Positions 9,487-20,208 of a stretch of DNA of 64,000 bases are shown here, one piece after another (position 1 is the first letter of the stretch; each line of letters starts with the position of its first letter). Source of the DNA: Vulcanimicrobiota bacterium. Its GTDB lineage: Bacteria > Vulcanimicrobiota > Vulcanimicrobiia > Eremiobacterales > Eremiobacteraceae. The translations under genes and the position numbers were made by a program. Below the pieces are notes generated by a model. The model did no database searches, had not been told where the DNA came from, and worked only from the letters and a program-made list of their open reading frames with translations. The stretch lies in assembly GCA_963812135.1 (NCBI GenBank), contig CAWETU010000001.1:64001-128000 (forward strand), written 5' to 3'.

Positions 9487-10466
9487 TGAGCCGCGCCCCC
9501 GCGCAGGCGTGCGATCAGTGCTTCGAAATCGGCGGGGCGCGGCGCGTCGAACGACAGCGGCGCTCCAGTGACTGGATGCACGAAGCGCAGGCGCGCGGCG
9601 TGCAGGGCTTGCCGCTCTATGCCGAGGTCCGGATAGCCCGCGCCGTAGATCGGGTCGCCGACGATCGGATGGCCGATGGCGGCGAAATGCACGCGGATCT
9701 GATGGGTGCGGCCGGTCTCGAGCGTCACTCGCAGCAGCGCAGCTTGATCGTAACGCCCGAATTTAGGCGATCCTCTCTTGGTGTCGCGGTCGAGTTTGCT
9801 CGACCGTAAATCATAGGTCTCAACGGTGCGATAGTGCGTGACGGCATGTTTGCCTTCGTGCCGTACGGCGAAGCGCGTGCGCGCTGTCGGGTCGCGCGCG
9901 AGCGGCGCATCGATCGCGCCGCTCGCGGCGGGCGGTGCGCCCCATACGACCGCGTCGTATTCGCGCTCGACGTGATGCGCCGCGATCGCCGCGGACAGGG
10001 CGCGCATCGCCCGCTCGCTCTTCGCGACGACCAGCAGACCCGACGTGTCCTTGTCGAGCCGGTGCACGATGCCCGGGCGAGCCGCGTCGCCAAGCGCCGG
10101 CAGCGGACCCAAACGAGCGAGCAACGCGTTCACCAGCGTGCGCGACGGGCTGCCGGGCGCCGGATGCGTCGCCATGCCCGCCGGCTTGTCGACGACGCTG
10201 ATGTCCTCGTCCTCATACACGATGGCGATCGGGATCTCTTCGGCGGCGGGCACGCGCGGCGCGCGTTGCGGCAAAACCGCTTCGACTCGCTCGCCCGCCT
10301 TGAGGTGGTGCGACGGCTTGGCGGGGTGCCCGTCGATGCGGATCATCCCGCTGCGGATGAGCGCCGAGATCTCAGCGCGCGATCGTGAGGTGCGGCGCGC
10401 CAGCACCGCGTCCAAGCGGCTTCCCGCTTCTTCTCCCGTCGCCGTGAACGCGACGGTCTCGCTCAC
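9483..10466 (-). CDS. rluD: RluA/RluD family pseudouridine synthase
   Basis: N-terminal S4 domain, 'RPGIVHRLDKDTSGL', 'LETGRTHQIRVH'. Confidence 0.9.
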   Translation of the reverse strand: MSETVAFTATGEEAGSRLDAVLARRTSRSRAEISALIRSGMIRIDGHPAKPSHHLKAGERVEAVLPQRAPRVPAAEEIPIAIVYEDEDISVVDKPAGMATHPAPGSPSRTLVNALLARLGPLPALGDAARPGIVHRLDKDTSGLLVVAKSERAMRALSAAIAAHHVEREYDAVVWGAPPAASGAIDAPLARDPTARTRFAVRHEGKHAVTHYRTVETYDLRSSKLDRDTKRGSPKFGRYDQAALLRVTLETGRTHQIRVHFAAIGHPIVGDPIYGAGYPDLGIERQALHAARLRFVHPVTGAPLSFDAPRPADFEALIARLRGGAAQ

Positions 10467-10975
10467 GGTTCGGCTGGGGTGCGCTCGGTGAGCGTTGCAG
10501 GTACCGGCTCGGAGACGGCGGCCACCTCAGGCTCGCGCCGGCGATCGTGCACGACGATGCGCAGCAGCAGCAACACCACGCCGATGCTGATCGCCGAGTC
10601 GGCGGCGTTGAACACCGGCCACCAGCGCAGATCGATGAAGTCGACGACATAGCCGAGCCGGACGCGATCGAGGATGTTGCCGATCGCGCCGCCCAGGATC
10701 AGGCCGAACGCGATATGGGTCAGCAACGTGGCGCCGTCTTGCCGGTACCAGTAGTAGAAAAGAAGCACGACTCCCAGGGCGACGGCTGCGAGTAGCAGCG
10801 GGTGTGACCCGAACATGCCGAACGCACCGCGGTGGTTCTGCACGTAGGTGAGCCACAGCACGCGCGGTATGACGATCCGGCTCTCGTCCGGCAAGAAGTG
10901 GGTCGCGATGGCGCGTTTGGTCAGTTGATCGAGCGCCACGACAAGCGCCGCGACAAGGAAGAACACAAATGACAT
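10463..10975 (-). CDS. lspA: Lipoprotein signal peptidase II
   Basis: 'LDQLTK', 'N.GAFG', 'GGAIGNILDRVRLGYVVDFI', 'PVFNAADSAI'. Confidence 0.93.
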   Translation of the reverse strand: MSFVFFLVAALVVALDQLTKRAIATHFLPDESRIVIPRVLWLTYVQNHRGAFGMFGSHPLLLAAVALGVVLLFYYWYRQDGATLLTHIAFGLILGGAIGNILDRVRLGYVVDFIDLRWWPVFNAADSAISIGVVLLLLRIVVHDRRREPEVAAVSEPVPATLTERTPAEP

Positions 10976-11031
10976 ATCGTGGACGGTTTTCCAGCGCGAC
11001 GAGACGTTTCTCCTGGCTTGCGGCAGCGGGA

Positions 11032-11826
11032 CTATGCCGAGTACGCGTCCACCAGCGCCTCGAGGCGCCGCCCGGTCAACACCGAGATGTAGGCGGGCAC
11101 CAACGGCAGCACGCAGGGCGAGATGAACGACACGAGTCCGGCGATGAAGACGACGCTCAGCGTGAGCGCGCTGCCGGTGCCGATGTCCGGGCCCGTGCCG
11201 ACATTCGCAAGCGCGGGAAACTCCTTGTACAAGAACCCGGTGAAGCGCAAGAACGAGTTCGTGACGAGGATCAATCCCGCGCCGACGACGAGAATGCCGG
11301 CGAATATCTCGATCGCATGCAGATAGCGCTTGAAGCGCTTGAGCAGCGGCAGCACGTAATTGAGCGCGAGCGCGGTCGCGATGAACGGCAATCCCAATCC
11401 GAGCGAATACACGGACAGATAGATGACGCCCAATCCGGGATTGCTCGTGCTGCCGGCGATCGCGAGGACGGCGGCGAGGACCGGTCCGATGCACGGCGAC
11501 CAACCGGCCGCAAAACCGATGCCGGCCAGCAGCGTCGCGGGATACGACGTCGTGTGATGCGCGAAATGGAGGCGTTTGTCCATCGCGAGGACGCCGATGC
11601 GGAACAGGCCCATCATATTGAGCCCGAGAAGGATGATGACGACACCGATGACGCGCGCGATGAGCACCTGGTGCTCTTTGAACAGCGCGCCAAGCGCGCT
11701 CGCGGATGCGCCGGCCAGCACGAAGATCAGCGTGAATCCAAGCACGAAGACGATCGAGTGGGCCAGCAGCTCGCGTCGCACGGAGAGAGGGGCTGGCGCG
11801 GGTTGGACTGATTCTGCGCCGCTCAT
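11032..11826 (-). CDS. ccdA: CcdA/DsbD-beta family thiol-disulfide transporter, circularly permuted
   Basis: Has 'GWSPCIGPVL', 'YSLGLGLPF' and, at the C-terminus, the normally N-terminal 'FIAGLVSFISPCVLPLVPAYIS'. Confidence 0.85.
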   Translation of the reverse strand: MSGAESVQPAPAPLSVRRELLAHSIVFVLGFTLIFVLAGASASALGALFKEHQVLIARVIGVVIILLGLNMMGLFRIGVLAMDKRLHFAHHTTSYPATLLAGIGFAAGWSPCIGPVLAAVLAIAGSTSNPGLGVIYLSVYSLGLGLPFIATALALNYVLPLLKRFKRYLHAIEIFAGILVVGAGLILVTNSFLRFTGFLYKEFPALANVGTGPDIGTGSALTLSVVFIAGLVSFISPCVLPLVPAYISVLTGRRLEALVDAYSA

Positions 11827-11870
11827 CGAGTCTTAGATCCTGTCAATCTTGCCTGTTCCGGAGGTGACTA

Positions 11871-12752
11871 TTGCTCGCCCTGCTCTTCGCTGCCGACACG
11901 CAACATTGGTTCACGTATCCGCGCGTCGATCCGGTTGCGATCCACATCTACAAGGACTTTGGCATCCGTTGGTATGGGCTGTCGTATGTTATCGGCGCCA
12001 TCCTCGTGTACCTCCAGTTGCAGAGCAAGAGCAGCCGCGCGCGCACCGGATTGACGGTCGAACAAGCGCAAGAATTCATCGTCTATACGATGATCGGCAT
12101 CATCCTCGGCGGCCGGATCTTCTTCCTCATCGCCGACATGCTCACGCCGCTTTCAGCAGGCGGTCATTCGCTCACCTATTACCTTTCTAATCCAATTCAA
12201 ATCATCGCGATCTGGACTGGCGGCATGGCGTTCCATGGCGGCCTGCTCGGCGGCATCGCCGGCGCGTGGATCTACGTGCGGCGCATCAAGCTGTCGATCT
12301 TGAAAGTGCTCGACGAGACGGTCTTGTGGCTGCCCGTCGCGATCCTTCTCACCCGGATCACGAACTTCATCAACGACGAACTGCCGGGCCGCGTCACCGA
12401 CTCGCCGATCGGCATCCTCTTCCCGAACTACCAAGGCTACCGCTACCCGTCGCAGCTGTTCGAAGGCATCGGCATGGTGCTCATCGTGCTGCCGCTGGTC
12501 TGGCTCGTGCGTTCGCGCCCCGACATCTTCCGGCCGGGCGCCGTGTTTTGGACGTTCATCGCCGGCTACGGACTCGTGCGGACGGTCGTCGAATTCTACC
12601 GCGAGCCCGGAATCATTTTCTTGGGCCTCACGGGCGCGCAGTATCTCACCATCGCGATGGTGATCCTCGGCGTCGTGATGATCTGGCTCGGCCAGCGACA
12701 GCCCATGCCGGCTGCCACCCCCCAACCGAAGACTGCCAAACCGCGCACCTAG
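11871..12752 (+). CDS. lgt: Prolipoprotein diacylglyceryl transferase
   Basis: 'IRWYGLSY', 'GGMAFHGG', 'NFINDEL.GR', 'YPSQLFE', 'R..VEFYREP'. Confidence 0.93.
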   Translation: MLALLFAADTQHWFTYPRVDPVAIHIYKDFGIRWYGLSYVIGAILVYLQLQSKSSRARTGLTVEQAQEFIVYTMIGIILGGRIFFLIADMLTPLSAGGHSLTYYLSNPIQIIAIWTGGMAFHGGLLGGIAGAWIYVRRIKLSILKVLDETVLWLPVAILLTRITNFINDELPGRVTDSPIGILFPNYQGYRYPSQLFEGIGMVLIVLPLVWLVRSRPDIFRPGAVFWTFIAGYGLVRTVVEFYREPGIIFLGLTGAQYLTIAMVILGVVMIWLGQRQPMPAATPQPKTAKPRT

Positions 12753-15700
12753 GTCACTTTATGGACGTGGACCACGAGCGAGTCGCCGCGTGTGACCTCG
12801 ATCGTCTGCGCCAGCGTTTGTTGCGCGATGTAATCGCGCCAACGTTCGATTGCCGCAGCATACGCCTCGTCAGCCGTGATCTTGACGATGATGCGATCGC
12901 TGATGTGCAGCGCCGCGCGTTTGCGCGCGTCTTGGATTTCGCGCACGATTTCGCGCGCGAGTCCCTCCTGCGCGAGCGCTTCGTCGATGCGCGTGTCGAG
13001 CGCGACGAGCATGCCGTCGGACTCGGCCGACGCGTAGCCGCGTGCCGACTTGCTGTCGACCAGCACGTCTTCGGGGTCGAGCTCGAAAACTTCGCCGTTC
13101 GCTGACACCTTGATCTTGCCGCCTTGCGCGACGGTCGTGGCGACGGCGCGCGCGTCCGCGGCGGCGAGCGCTTGGCGCAGCGCACCCAACTTCTTGCCGA
13201 AGCGCGGGCCGAGGCGGGGTAGATTCGGCCGCAGCGCATACTCGATGAACTCCGCATCAAGGCCGACGATCTTGCACGTCCTTGACGTTGAGCTCTTCGA
13301 GCACGAGCGCACGGAAGCGGATCAATGCATCGGACTCGGCAGCCGTTCGCGGGCGCACGTATGCCACCGGCAGCGGTTGTCTCGTCTTCATCTTTGAGGC
13401 GGCACGCACTTGGCGGCCGAGATCAACGGTCTTCTGGGCGACGCGCATCGCGCTGACGAGCGCGCTATCTTCGCGCTCGAGCTGCGCTTGCGGCCACGCC
13501 GCAAGATGCACGCTCTCGGGAGCTTTCTTGTCCAGCGCGCGCACCAAGATCTGGTAGAGCGATTCGGCCAACATCGGCGCGAACGGTGCGGTCAAGAGAG
13601 ACAGCGTGTGCAGCGCTTCGTAGAGCGTGCGATACGCAGCGTTCTTTTCCGCGCCGGTGCTGGACGCCCAGAACCGGTCGCGAGACAGGCGCACGTACCA
13701 ATTGGAGAGTTCGTCGATGAACGTCTCGATCGCGCGCGCGGCGTTTTGCGCGTCGTAGAGCTCCAGCCGCGTCGTCACATCGGTGACCAGCTCGTTGAGC
13801 CGGGCGACCAGCCAGCGGTCGAGATCGTGGCGTTGCTGCAGTCGCACGTCGGCCGGGATACCGACCTGATCGTCGTTCGCGTACAGTGTGAAGAAGTTGA
13901 CCGTGCTCCACAGCGTGTTGAGCAAGGTGTGCGTGCTCTCGCGCACCAGCTCGACGGAACAGCGCTTCCCGGCGCCGGGCGGGCTGCCCGCGACGAAGTA
14001 CCAGCGCAGCGCGTCGGCGCCGAGCGCGTCAAACACTTCCCACGGGTCGAGCACGTTGCCCTTGCTCTTGCTCATCTTCTCGCCGCGCTCGTCGACCACG
14101 TGGCCCAAACAGACGACGTTGCGATACGCCGGCGAGTCGAACATCAGCGTCGCGATCGCATGCAGGCTGTAGAACCAGCCGCGCGTCTGATCGACCGCTT
14201 CGCAGATGAAGTCCGCTGGGAAGCTCTCTTTGAACAGATCGGCGTTCTCGAACGGGTAATGCCACTGTGCGTACGGCATCGAACCCGAGTCGAACCACGC
14301 GTCGATGACTTCCGGCACACGCCGGTATTCGCGACCTTCTACCGTGAACACGACATCGTCGATCGCAGGCCGGTGCAGGTCAAGGTCCGAGAGATCGCGC
14401 CCCGCGCGTTCGGATAGCTCTTTGACCGATCCGATGCAGATGTAATCCTTGCCGTCTGTCCACAGCGGCAGCGGTGTCCCCCAGAAGCGCTCGCGCGAGA
14501 GGGCCCAGTCGACATTGTTCTCAAGCCAATTGCCAAAGCGGCCTTGCTTGACGTTGTCCGGCACCCAATTGACCGCGTCGTTGTTGGCGAGCAGTTGCGT
14601 CTTGAACTCGGTCGTGCGGATGAACCACGCCGTCTTGGCGATGTACAGCAGCGGGTCGTCGGTGCGCCAGCCGAACGGGTACGTATGGCGGATCGTGCCG
14701 GACCTGAACATCAGGTCGCGTTTCTTCAGGTCGGCGATGATCGGCGCGTCCGCATCTTTGAAGAATCGCCCGGCGGCGACGGTGACTTCAGCGACGACGT
14801 GCCCGGTGTAATCGACGCTGTAGTAGATAGGAAGATCCCGCGCCTTGCCGAGCGCGAGATCGTCAGGGCCATACGCCGGCGCGACGTGGACGATGCCGGT
14901 GCCGTCTTCCGTCGTCACGAACGGCGCCGCGATGACGTAGTAGCGGTCCTTCTCGCTCACGCAGTAATCGTACAGCGGCTGATAGCGGGTGCCCGCAAGC
15001 TCACTGCCCTTGATGCGCCGGATCAGGCGCACGGGATCGTCTCCGAATACTCTCTGCAGCAGCGGCTCGGCGACGATCAGCTTTTCGCCTTCGCGTTCGA
15101 CGACCGCGTACTCGACGTCGGGATGCACCGCCAGCGCCATGTTCGCCGGCAACGTCCACGGTGTCGTCGTCCATGCGAGGATCGACGTCGACGGATCGTC
15201 GGCGAGGCGGAAGCGGACGAAAACCGACGGATCGTCGGTCTCGCGATAGCCAAGCGCGACTTCGGCATCTGAGAGCGTCGCGCCGATGCGCGGGTCATAG
15301 GGGACCGATTTGTAATCTTGCTGGATCAGCCCGCGATCCCAGAGCTGTTTGAGCAGCCACCAGACAGTCTCGATGTACGTGTTGTCCAGCGTGATATACG
15401 GATGCTCGAGATCAACCCAGTACGCCATGCGCTCGGTCATCGCGTTCCAGTCGCTGACGTAGCGGAAGACGCTCTCGCGGCAGCGGCGGTTGAATTCTGC
15501 GATGCCGACTTCGGCTTCGAGCCGGCTCTTGTCCAAGATGCCGATCTCTTTTTCGACCTGATGCTCGACCGGCAGTCCGTGCGTATCCCAACCGGCCTTG
15601 CGGCGCACGAACTTTCCGCGCATCGTCCAAAAGCGCGGATAGAGATCTTTGAACGTGCGCGCGAGTACGTGATGAACGCCGGGCCTGCCGTTGGCGGTGG

Positions 15701-15866
15701 GCGGGCCTTCGTACATCGTGTAACGCGGGCCGTGCTTGGTCTGCTCGAGCGATCGCTCGAAGATCTTCGCGTCGCGCCAGAATTCAAGCACCTCGCGCTC
15801 GCGCACGGGCGCGTCGGATAACATGCCTGGTGTCGGGAACTGGTTCTTGCCGAGCGGCTCGATCAT
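12749..15866 (-). CDS. ileS: Isoleucyl-tRNA synthetase, type 2 (apparent +1 indel near 13275)
   Basis: 'YEGPPTANG.PGVHH', 'WTTTPWTLP', 'KMSKSKGN'; the C-terminal part ('EELNVK...LRPNLPRLGPRFGK...EGLAREIVR.IQ..RK') continues in the next frame to 12749. Confidence 0.95.
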
Positions 15867-16993
15867 TGCGCCGCCGTTCCGCGCTCGCGCAGCCCCGAGA
15901 ATATCGTCTCCTCGGACACAACGCCGGTCACTTCGCCGTTCTCCAGCACCGGAAGGCTACGCGCCCCGCTTTTCGCGAGCGCGGCGAGCGCGTCGCTCGC
16001 AGGCGTGTCGGCGGACAGCTGCGGCAAGCCCGCCGCCGGCGTCATGATCGCTCGCACGGGCGTGTGCTCCCAGAGCGCCGGCGGCACATTTCCCGTGTCG
16101 CGCGGGCTCACCAGCCCGACAAAATTGCCGTCCACGACGACGGGATACGCGGTGCGCCGTCCGTCCGCCACTTGGGCGACGAATGCCGTGAGCGGCGCGT
16201 CGCCGGACACGGGGATCAAGGTGCGCGCCATGACGTCGCCGGTGCGCGTACGCTCGAGGGTGAGACTGATGCGCGCCTGCCGGCCGCTCGCGATCGCCGC
16301 CTGCAGCAAGAACAAGGCGATGAAGATGAGCCAGATGCCGTTCCACATGTGTCTGAATGCCATCAGGCCGCCGGCGACGACGAGCAGGGCTGCGACGATG
16401 GCGCTCACCGTGCTCGCTGCGCTCGTCGCGCGCGCTTGGCTGCCCATGAATCTCCACAGCAGCGCCCGCAAGATCCGGCCGCCGTCGCTTGGGAATGCGG
16501 GGAGCAGATTGAACACGGCCAACACCAGGTTTGTGCCGGCCAAGAACGTGCACAGCGTAAAGATCCATGACCAGTGCAACGGGCCCGTCACAGCAGCGAG
16601 CCCGGCGAACACCACGGCGAGCGCGATGCTCGCCAGCGGTCCCGCCGCTGCCATCTTGATCTCGTCCGCCGGCGTGCCGGGCTCGCGCAAGATGCTGGCA
16701 ACCCCGCCGAACAGGAACAGCGTGATGTTGCCGATCGGGATCCCGAGCCGGCGGGCGACCACCGCGTGCGCGAACTCGTGGGCCACGACGCAAGCGAACA
16801 AGACGAGCGCAGCGATCAGGCCGAGAATAAAGCCGTTGCGCGTCGACAGCGGCACGCCGTACATGTCGGCGATCGCGTGCGCCGAAAGCATGGCGGCGTA
16901 CGCGAAAAGCGCATAGATGACCAGCCACGTCGGATGGATAGCGATTTCGATGCCGGCGATGCTCCCGATACGCCAGCTTGAACGGATGAGCAT
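15863..16993 (-). CDS. Site-2 protease (M50) with CBS domains
   Basis: 'HEFAH', 'AAAGP', 'FNLLPAFPSDGGRILRA', C-terminal CBS pair. Confidence 0.9.
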   Translation of the reverse strand: MLIRSSWRIGSIAGIEIAIHPTWLVIYALFAYAAMLSAHAIADMYGVPLSTRNGFILGLIAALVLFACVVAHEFAHAVVARRLGIPIGNITLFLFGGVASILREPGTPADEIKMAAAGPLASIALAVVFAGLAAVTGPLHWSWIFTLCTFLAGTNLVLAVFNLLPAFPSDGGRILRALLWRFMGSQARATSAASTVSAIVAALLVVAGGLMAFRHMWNGIWLIFIALFLLQAAIASGRQARISLTLERTRTGDVMARTLIPVSGDAPLTAFVAQVADGRRTAYPVVVDGNFVGLVSPRDTGNVPPALWEHTPVRAIMTPAAGLPQLSADTPASDALAALAKSGARSLPVLENGEVTGVVSEETIFSGLRERGTAAQ

Positions 16994-17006
16994 GGTAACT
17001 GCGAGT

Positions 17007-18122
17007 TTATCTCTCGGGCAGCGGCGCGCCTTCGCGTTCGACGAGCTCTTGCAGCCAATCAAAGGCGAGCGCCGCGCGCGCCTGCAACGCCGGGGTGCGA
17101 GCGCGCAAATGTTCGCGCAGGGCGTCGCGCTGCGACCAGAGCCCCTCCACGAATTCGTCGGTGAGGGTATCGCGCATGAGCGCGGGCAGCGGATACGCGA
17201 GGCTTGCGGTGAGCGCTTGGATCTTCGGATCGTAGGGCACCGCGATGAACGGAACCGCGAGTCGGGCGGCGAGGATCAGGGCATGCAGGCGCATCGAGAT
17301 GACCGCCGAGCAACGCGCCATCAGCGCGGTCATCGTCTCGAGATCGTATCCACCGCCGAGCAGGACGGGCGCCGACTTGCAGCGCCGGATAACCGCGGCG
17401 GCGGCCTCCGCGTCGTTCGGCGGTTGGAGCGGTACGAAGACCACTTGCGCCCCGTGCTGCAACGCGAGCCTGTCGACGACGGACGCGAGACGTTCCATGA
17501 CCTGATCGAGCGCTTGGCCGCGGCGCACGACCACCGCCACGACATCCCGCACGTTGTCGCGCAGGCCTTCGCGCACGAGCAGGTCGCGCGCCGCCCGCGA
17601 TTCCGTGGCGTCTGCCAAGAAAACGGGATCGGCCGCCAGCCGCACATCGACGTTCGGCAGGAGCGCTTGCAGCGTGCCCAGGGACGTCTCGTCGCGCACG
17701 CTAGCCTGATCGATGCCGGCGCACGAACGCTTGACGACCTCGCGTCCGAAATAGTTGAGCGGTCCGATCCCCTGGGCGAAGATCGCGGTTTTGCGGCCGG
17801 CGCGTTTCGCCTCGCGGATGATGCTCGCGTAGTACAGCAGGCTGCGAAGACTGGTCGCGCTTTGCAATAATCCGCCGCCGCCGCTCACCACGACATCGGA
17901 GGCCTGGATCGCCTCCGACACCGAACGCCACGCCATGCGCGGCACCGCTTCGACGCCGTACATGCGCCGTGTCTCGTCTGGCTGCTCCGAGAGGACCACG
18001 AGCGTGTCGTCGGGCCGGCGCAGACGCCATTGCGACACGAACACATTGAGAATCGCCTCGTCCCCGAAATTGCCGAAGCCATAATAGCCGGAGAGGAGCA
18101 GACGCGCCGGCGACCCTGTCAC
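17007..18122 (-). CDS. csaB: Polysaccharide pyruvyl transferase CsaB
   Basis: 'SGYYGFGNFGDEAIL', 'VSGGGGLLQ.ATS.RSL.YY', 'AQGIGP', 'MRLHALI'. Confidence 0.9.
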   Translation of the reverse strand: MTGSPARLLLSGYYGFGNFGDEAILNVFVSQWRLRRPDDTLVVLSEQPDETRRMYGVEAVPRMAWRSVSEAIQASDVVVSGGGGLLQSATSLRSLLYYASIIREAKRAGRKTAIFAQGIGPLNYFGREVVKRSCAGIDQASVRDETSLGTLQALLPNVDVRLAADPVFLADATESRAARDLLVREGLRDNVRDVVAVVVRRGQALDQVMERLASVVDRLALQHGAQVVFVPLQPPNDAEAAAAVIRRCKSAPVLLGGGYDLETMTALMARCSAVISMRLHALILAARLAVPFIAVPYDPKIQALTASLAYPLPALMRDTLTDEFVEGLWSQRDALREHLRARTPALQARAALAFDWLQELVEREGAPLPER

Positions 18123-18132
18123 GGACGGAGCG

Positions 18133-20181
18133 TCATGTTCCGGCGTTGCGCGACCGCAGCCAGATCGTCCGATAGAGCCATTGCGCCGCGAACCCGATGA
18201 GTGCGCCGGCGACGACGCCGTTGAACAGGCGCAGCACGCTGACGATCAGCGCGGTGTGGATGTGCGAGAACGTGTCGAGCACGTCCGACAAACCGACGCC
18301 TGCCGCGATGATGATCAGCCAGCCTACCGCACGGCGGTGCGCCGGCAGCAGCACCGGCAGCAACATCAGCGCTGGATAGCCGATCAGGAATTCTTTGAAG
18401 CGCGGTCTCGCGCCGAGCAGCGTCGTGAGGAAACCGCGCAGATGTGTCTCGAACGTCGACACGCCGATGTCGGGCTGGTTGCCGGAGCGCATGAGGAGCA
18501 GCACTGCGCCGCCGGCGAGGATGAAGACGGCGAGCAATTGCCAGACCTTGACGGGCGCGGAGCCTGCTTCGCGCAGGCTGACCTTATTGCCGAACACGTT
18601 GGTGAACTCGTAGAGCAATAGCAACACGAGCGGCGGCACGACGAGCAGCGCCTTGACGCCGAAGAACTGCTGCACCTCGAGCATGAACGTCGCTTGTGCG
18701 AGCAGGCCGATCACGAACAGTCCGCCGAGCGCGGCGACGCCGACAGCGATCAACATGCAGCGCGCGCCTGCGGTGAATGAGCTCGCCAACGAACCACCCG
18801 AAGACTGATCGGACTTGAAGTAGCGCGCCATGGTGGTCCCAGCGAGCACCGCGAACGTCAGCGCGCCAGCAAGCGCCCACAGACGCCGCACGATGTCATC
18901 ATGGCCCAGCGCATGCGTGCCCCAAAACGCGGCCAGTGTGAACGCGTACGCGGCCCACGAGAACCAGGCGCGCGACAAGCCGTAGACGTCGAGCAGCAAC
19001 AAGAACGCCGCGGTGACACCGAGTGCGACGAGACAGAAAAGCACGTCCAACCAAAGGCCGCCGAAATCGACGAACGGCGTCGGCCGCCCAAGGAAGAAAC
19101 CGTTGGCGACGAGCCCTTCGCGCACGCGGTGGACCATCTCGAGATTGGTCTCTTGTGCCGTCAGCGTCTTGTAGCTACCGTCGGACTGCCGGACTTGAGC
19201 GAGATGCGGGAACGGACGCAGGTAGACGACCCGGATATTGCGCTCGCGCACGCCGAGGATGTAGCGCGCGACCACCGCGTCGAGATCGACTTTGTCGAGC
19301 TCCAGCCGCGAGATGGCTTGAACTCGGACCGTCAACCCGGGGATCTTGCGGCCGAGCGTGTCGCCGCCTTTTTGGAACTGCGACGGATCGTAGGCCTCGA
19401 CGTTGCCGAAGAGCGGATGGTATTGATCTTGATAGCGCCGGAAGGCGTCGGCGGTTCCGTCGAGGTTGTACGGAAAACCCAGCACCTCGTTGCGCAGCCC
19501 GAAGAAGATGACCGTGCCGATGGTGTCGCCCGCGAGCATCTGTCGGAAGACGACATCGATGTGGTCGGGGTCCAACCGTTCGTTGTTCTCGACGCGCGGA
19601 TCGATCAGCAGGCCGAGCGCGTGCGCCTGGTCGATGTTCTCCTGTGGGATCCCAAGGCCAAGATTATTGAAGTAGTCGATCTGCGTGCGCACTTCGAGCA
19701 ACGCGGGCAACGACGAGCGCAGCAAGCGAACAGTGTTCGGCTCGAGCTGGTTGCGCAGCACGAGCACGTAGCGCGCGAGCGTCGGCCGGTCGTAGACCAG
19801 AATGTAGACCGCGCCGGATTCAAGCCCGCGCGAGCGGACGAGCGACGCGAGGAGCGGGTCGGTGAGCGGCGAGGTGCGCGCCGCGTCGATGATCTGCTGC
19901 CCGGTCTGCGCATATGCGTGCTCGCCGAGGTTGATGCGGTTGCCGAGCTCCTCGTAGATGGCGAGCGAGGTCAGCCCCTGCGCCTTCAGGAGACGCAGCA
20001 GGCGGTCTTGATCGTACCCATAGGCGCTCGTGAAATCGGCGAAGTCCTGCTGGTCCATCGTGACTTCGACCCAGCGGCTCTTGTGTTCGTAGCGGAAGCG
20101 CACGCCGGCGGCGACGAGCGCCGCGAGCGCGCCGATGATGACAATACCAAGGGCCACGCGCCGCATGAGATCCACGCGCAT
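18133..20181 (-). CDS. DUF5693 family membrane protein
   Basis: 'ERNIRVVYLRP', 'F.GVK', 'RSGN', 'RPRFKEFLIGYP', 'DTFSHIHT'; adjacent to csaB, as usual for this family. Confidence 0.82.
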   Translation of the reverse strand: MRVDLMRRVALGIVIIGALAALVAAGVRFRYEHKSRWVEVTMDQQDFADFTSAYGYDQDRLLRLLKAQGLTSLAIYEELGNRINLGEHAYAQTGQQIIDAARTSPLTDPLLASLVRSRGLESGAVYILVYDRPTLARYVLVLRNQLEPNTVRLLRSSLPALLEVRTQIDYFNNLGLGIPQENIDQAHALGLLIDPRVENNERLDPDHIDVVFRQMLAGDTIGTVIFFGLRNEVLGFPYNLDGTADAFRRYQDQYHPLFGNVEAYDPSQFQKGGDTLGRKIPGLTVRVQAISRLELDKVDLDAVVARYILGVRERNIRVVYLRPFPHLAQVRQSDGSYKTLTAQETNLEMVHRVREGLVANGFFLGRPTPFVDFGGLWLDVLFCLVALGVTAAFLLLLDVYGLSRAWFSWAAYAFTLAAFWGTHALGHDDIVRRLWALAGALTFAVLAGTTMARYFKSDQSSGGSLASSFTAGARCMLIAVGVAALGGLFVIGLLAQATFMLEVQQFFGVKALLVVPPLVLLLLYEFTNVFGNKVSLREAGSAPVKVWQLLAVFILAGGAVLLLMRSGNQPDIGVSTFETHLRGFLTTLLGARPRFKEFLIGYPALMLLPVLLPAHRRAVGWLIIIAAGVGLSDVLDTFSHIHTALIVSVLRLFNGVVAGALIGFAAQWLYRTIWLRSRNAGT

Positions 20182-20208
20182 GGCTCCCCTGGTTTGAGTT
20201 CGGACCGT

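Noticed and set aside
10976..11503. Long N-terminal extension of LspA
   Set aside because: It overlaps ccdA off-frame; LspA motifs start near 10975.
13257..13312. Programmed frameshift or split ileS
   Set aside because: No slippery sequence is evident, and the same +1 pattern recurs in many unrelated genes.
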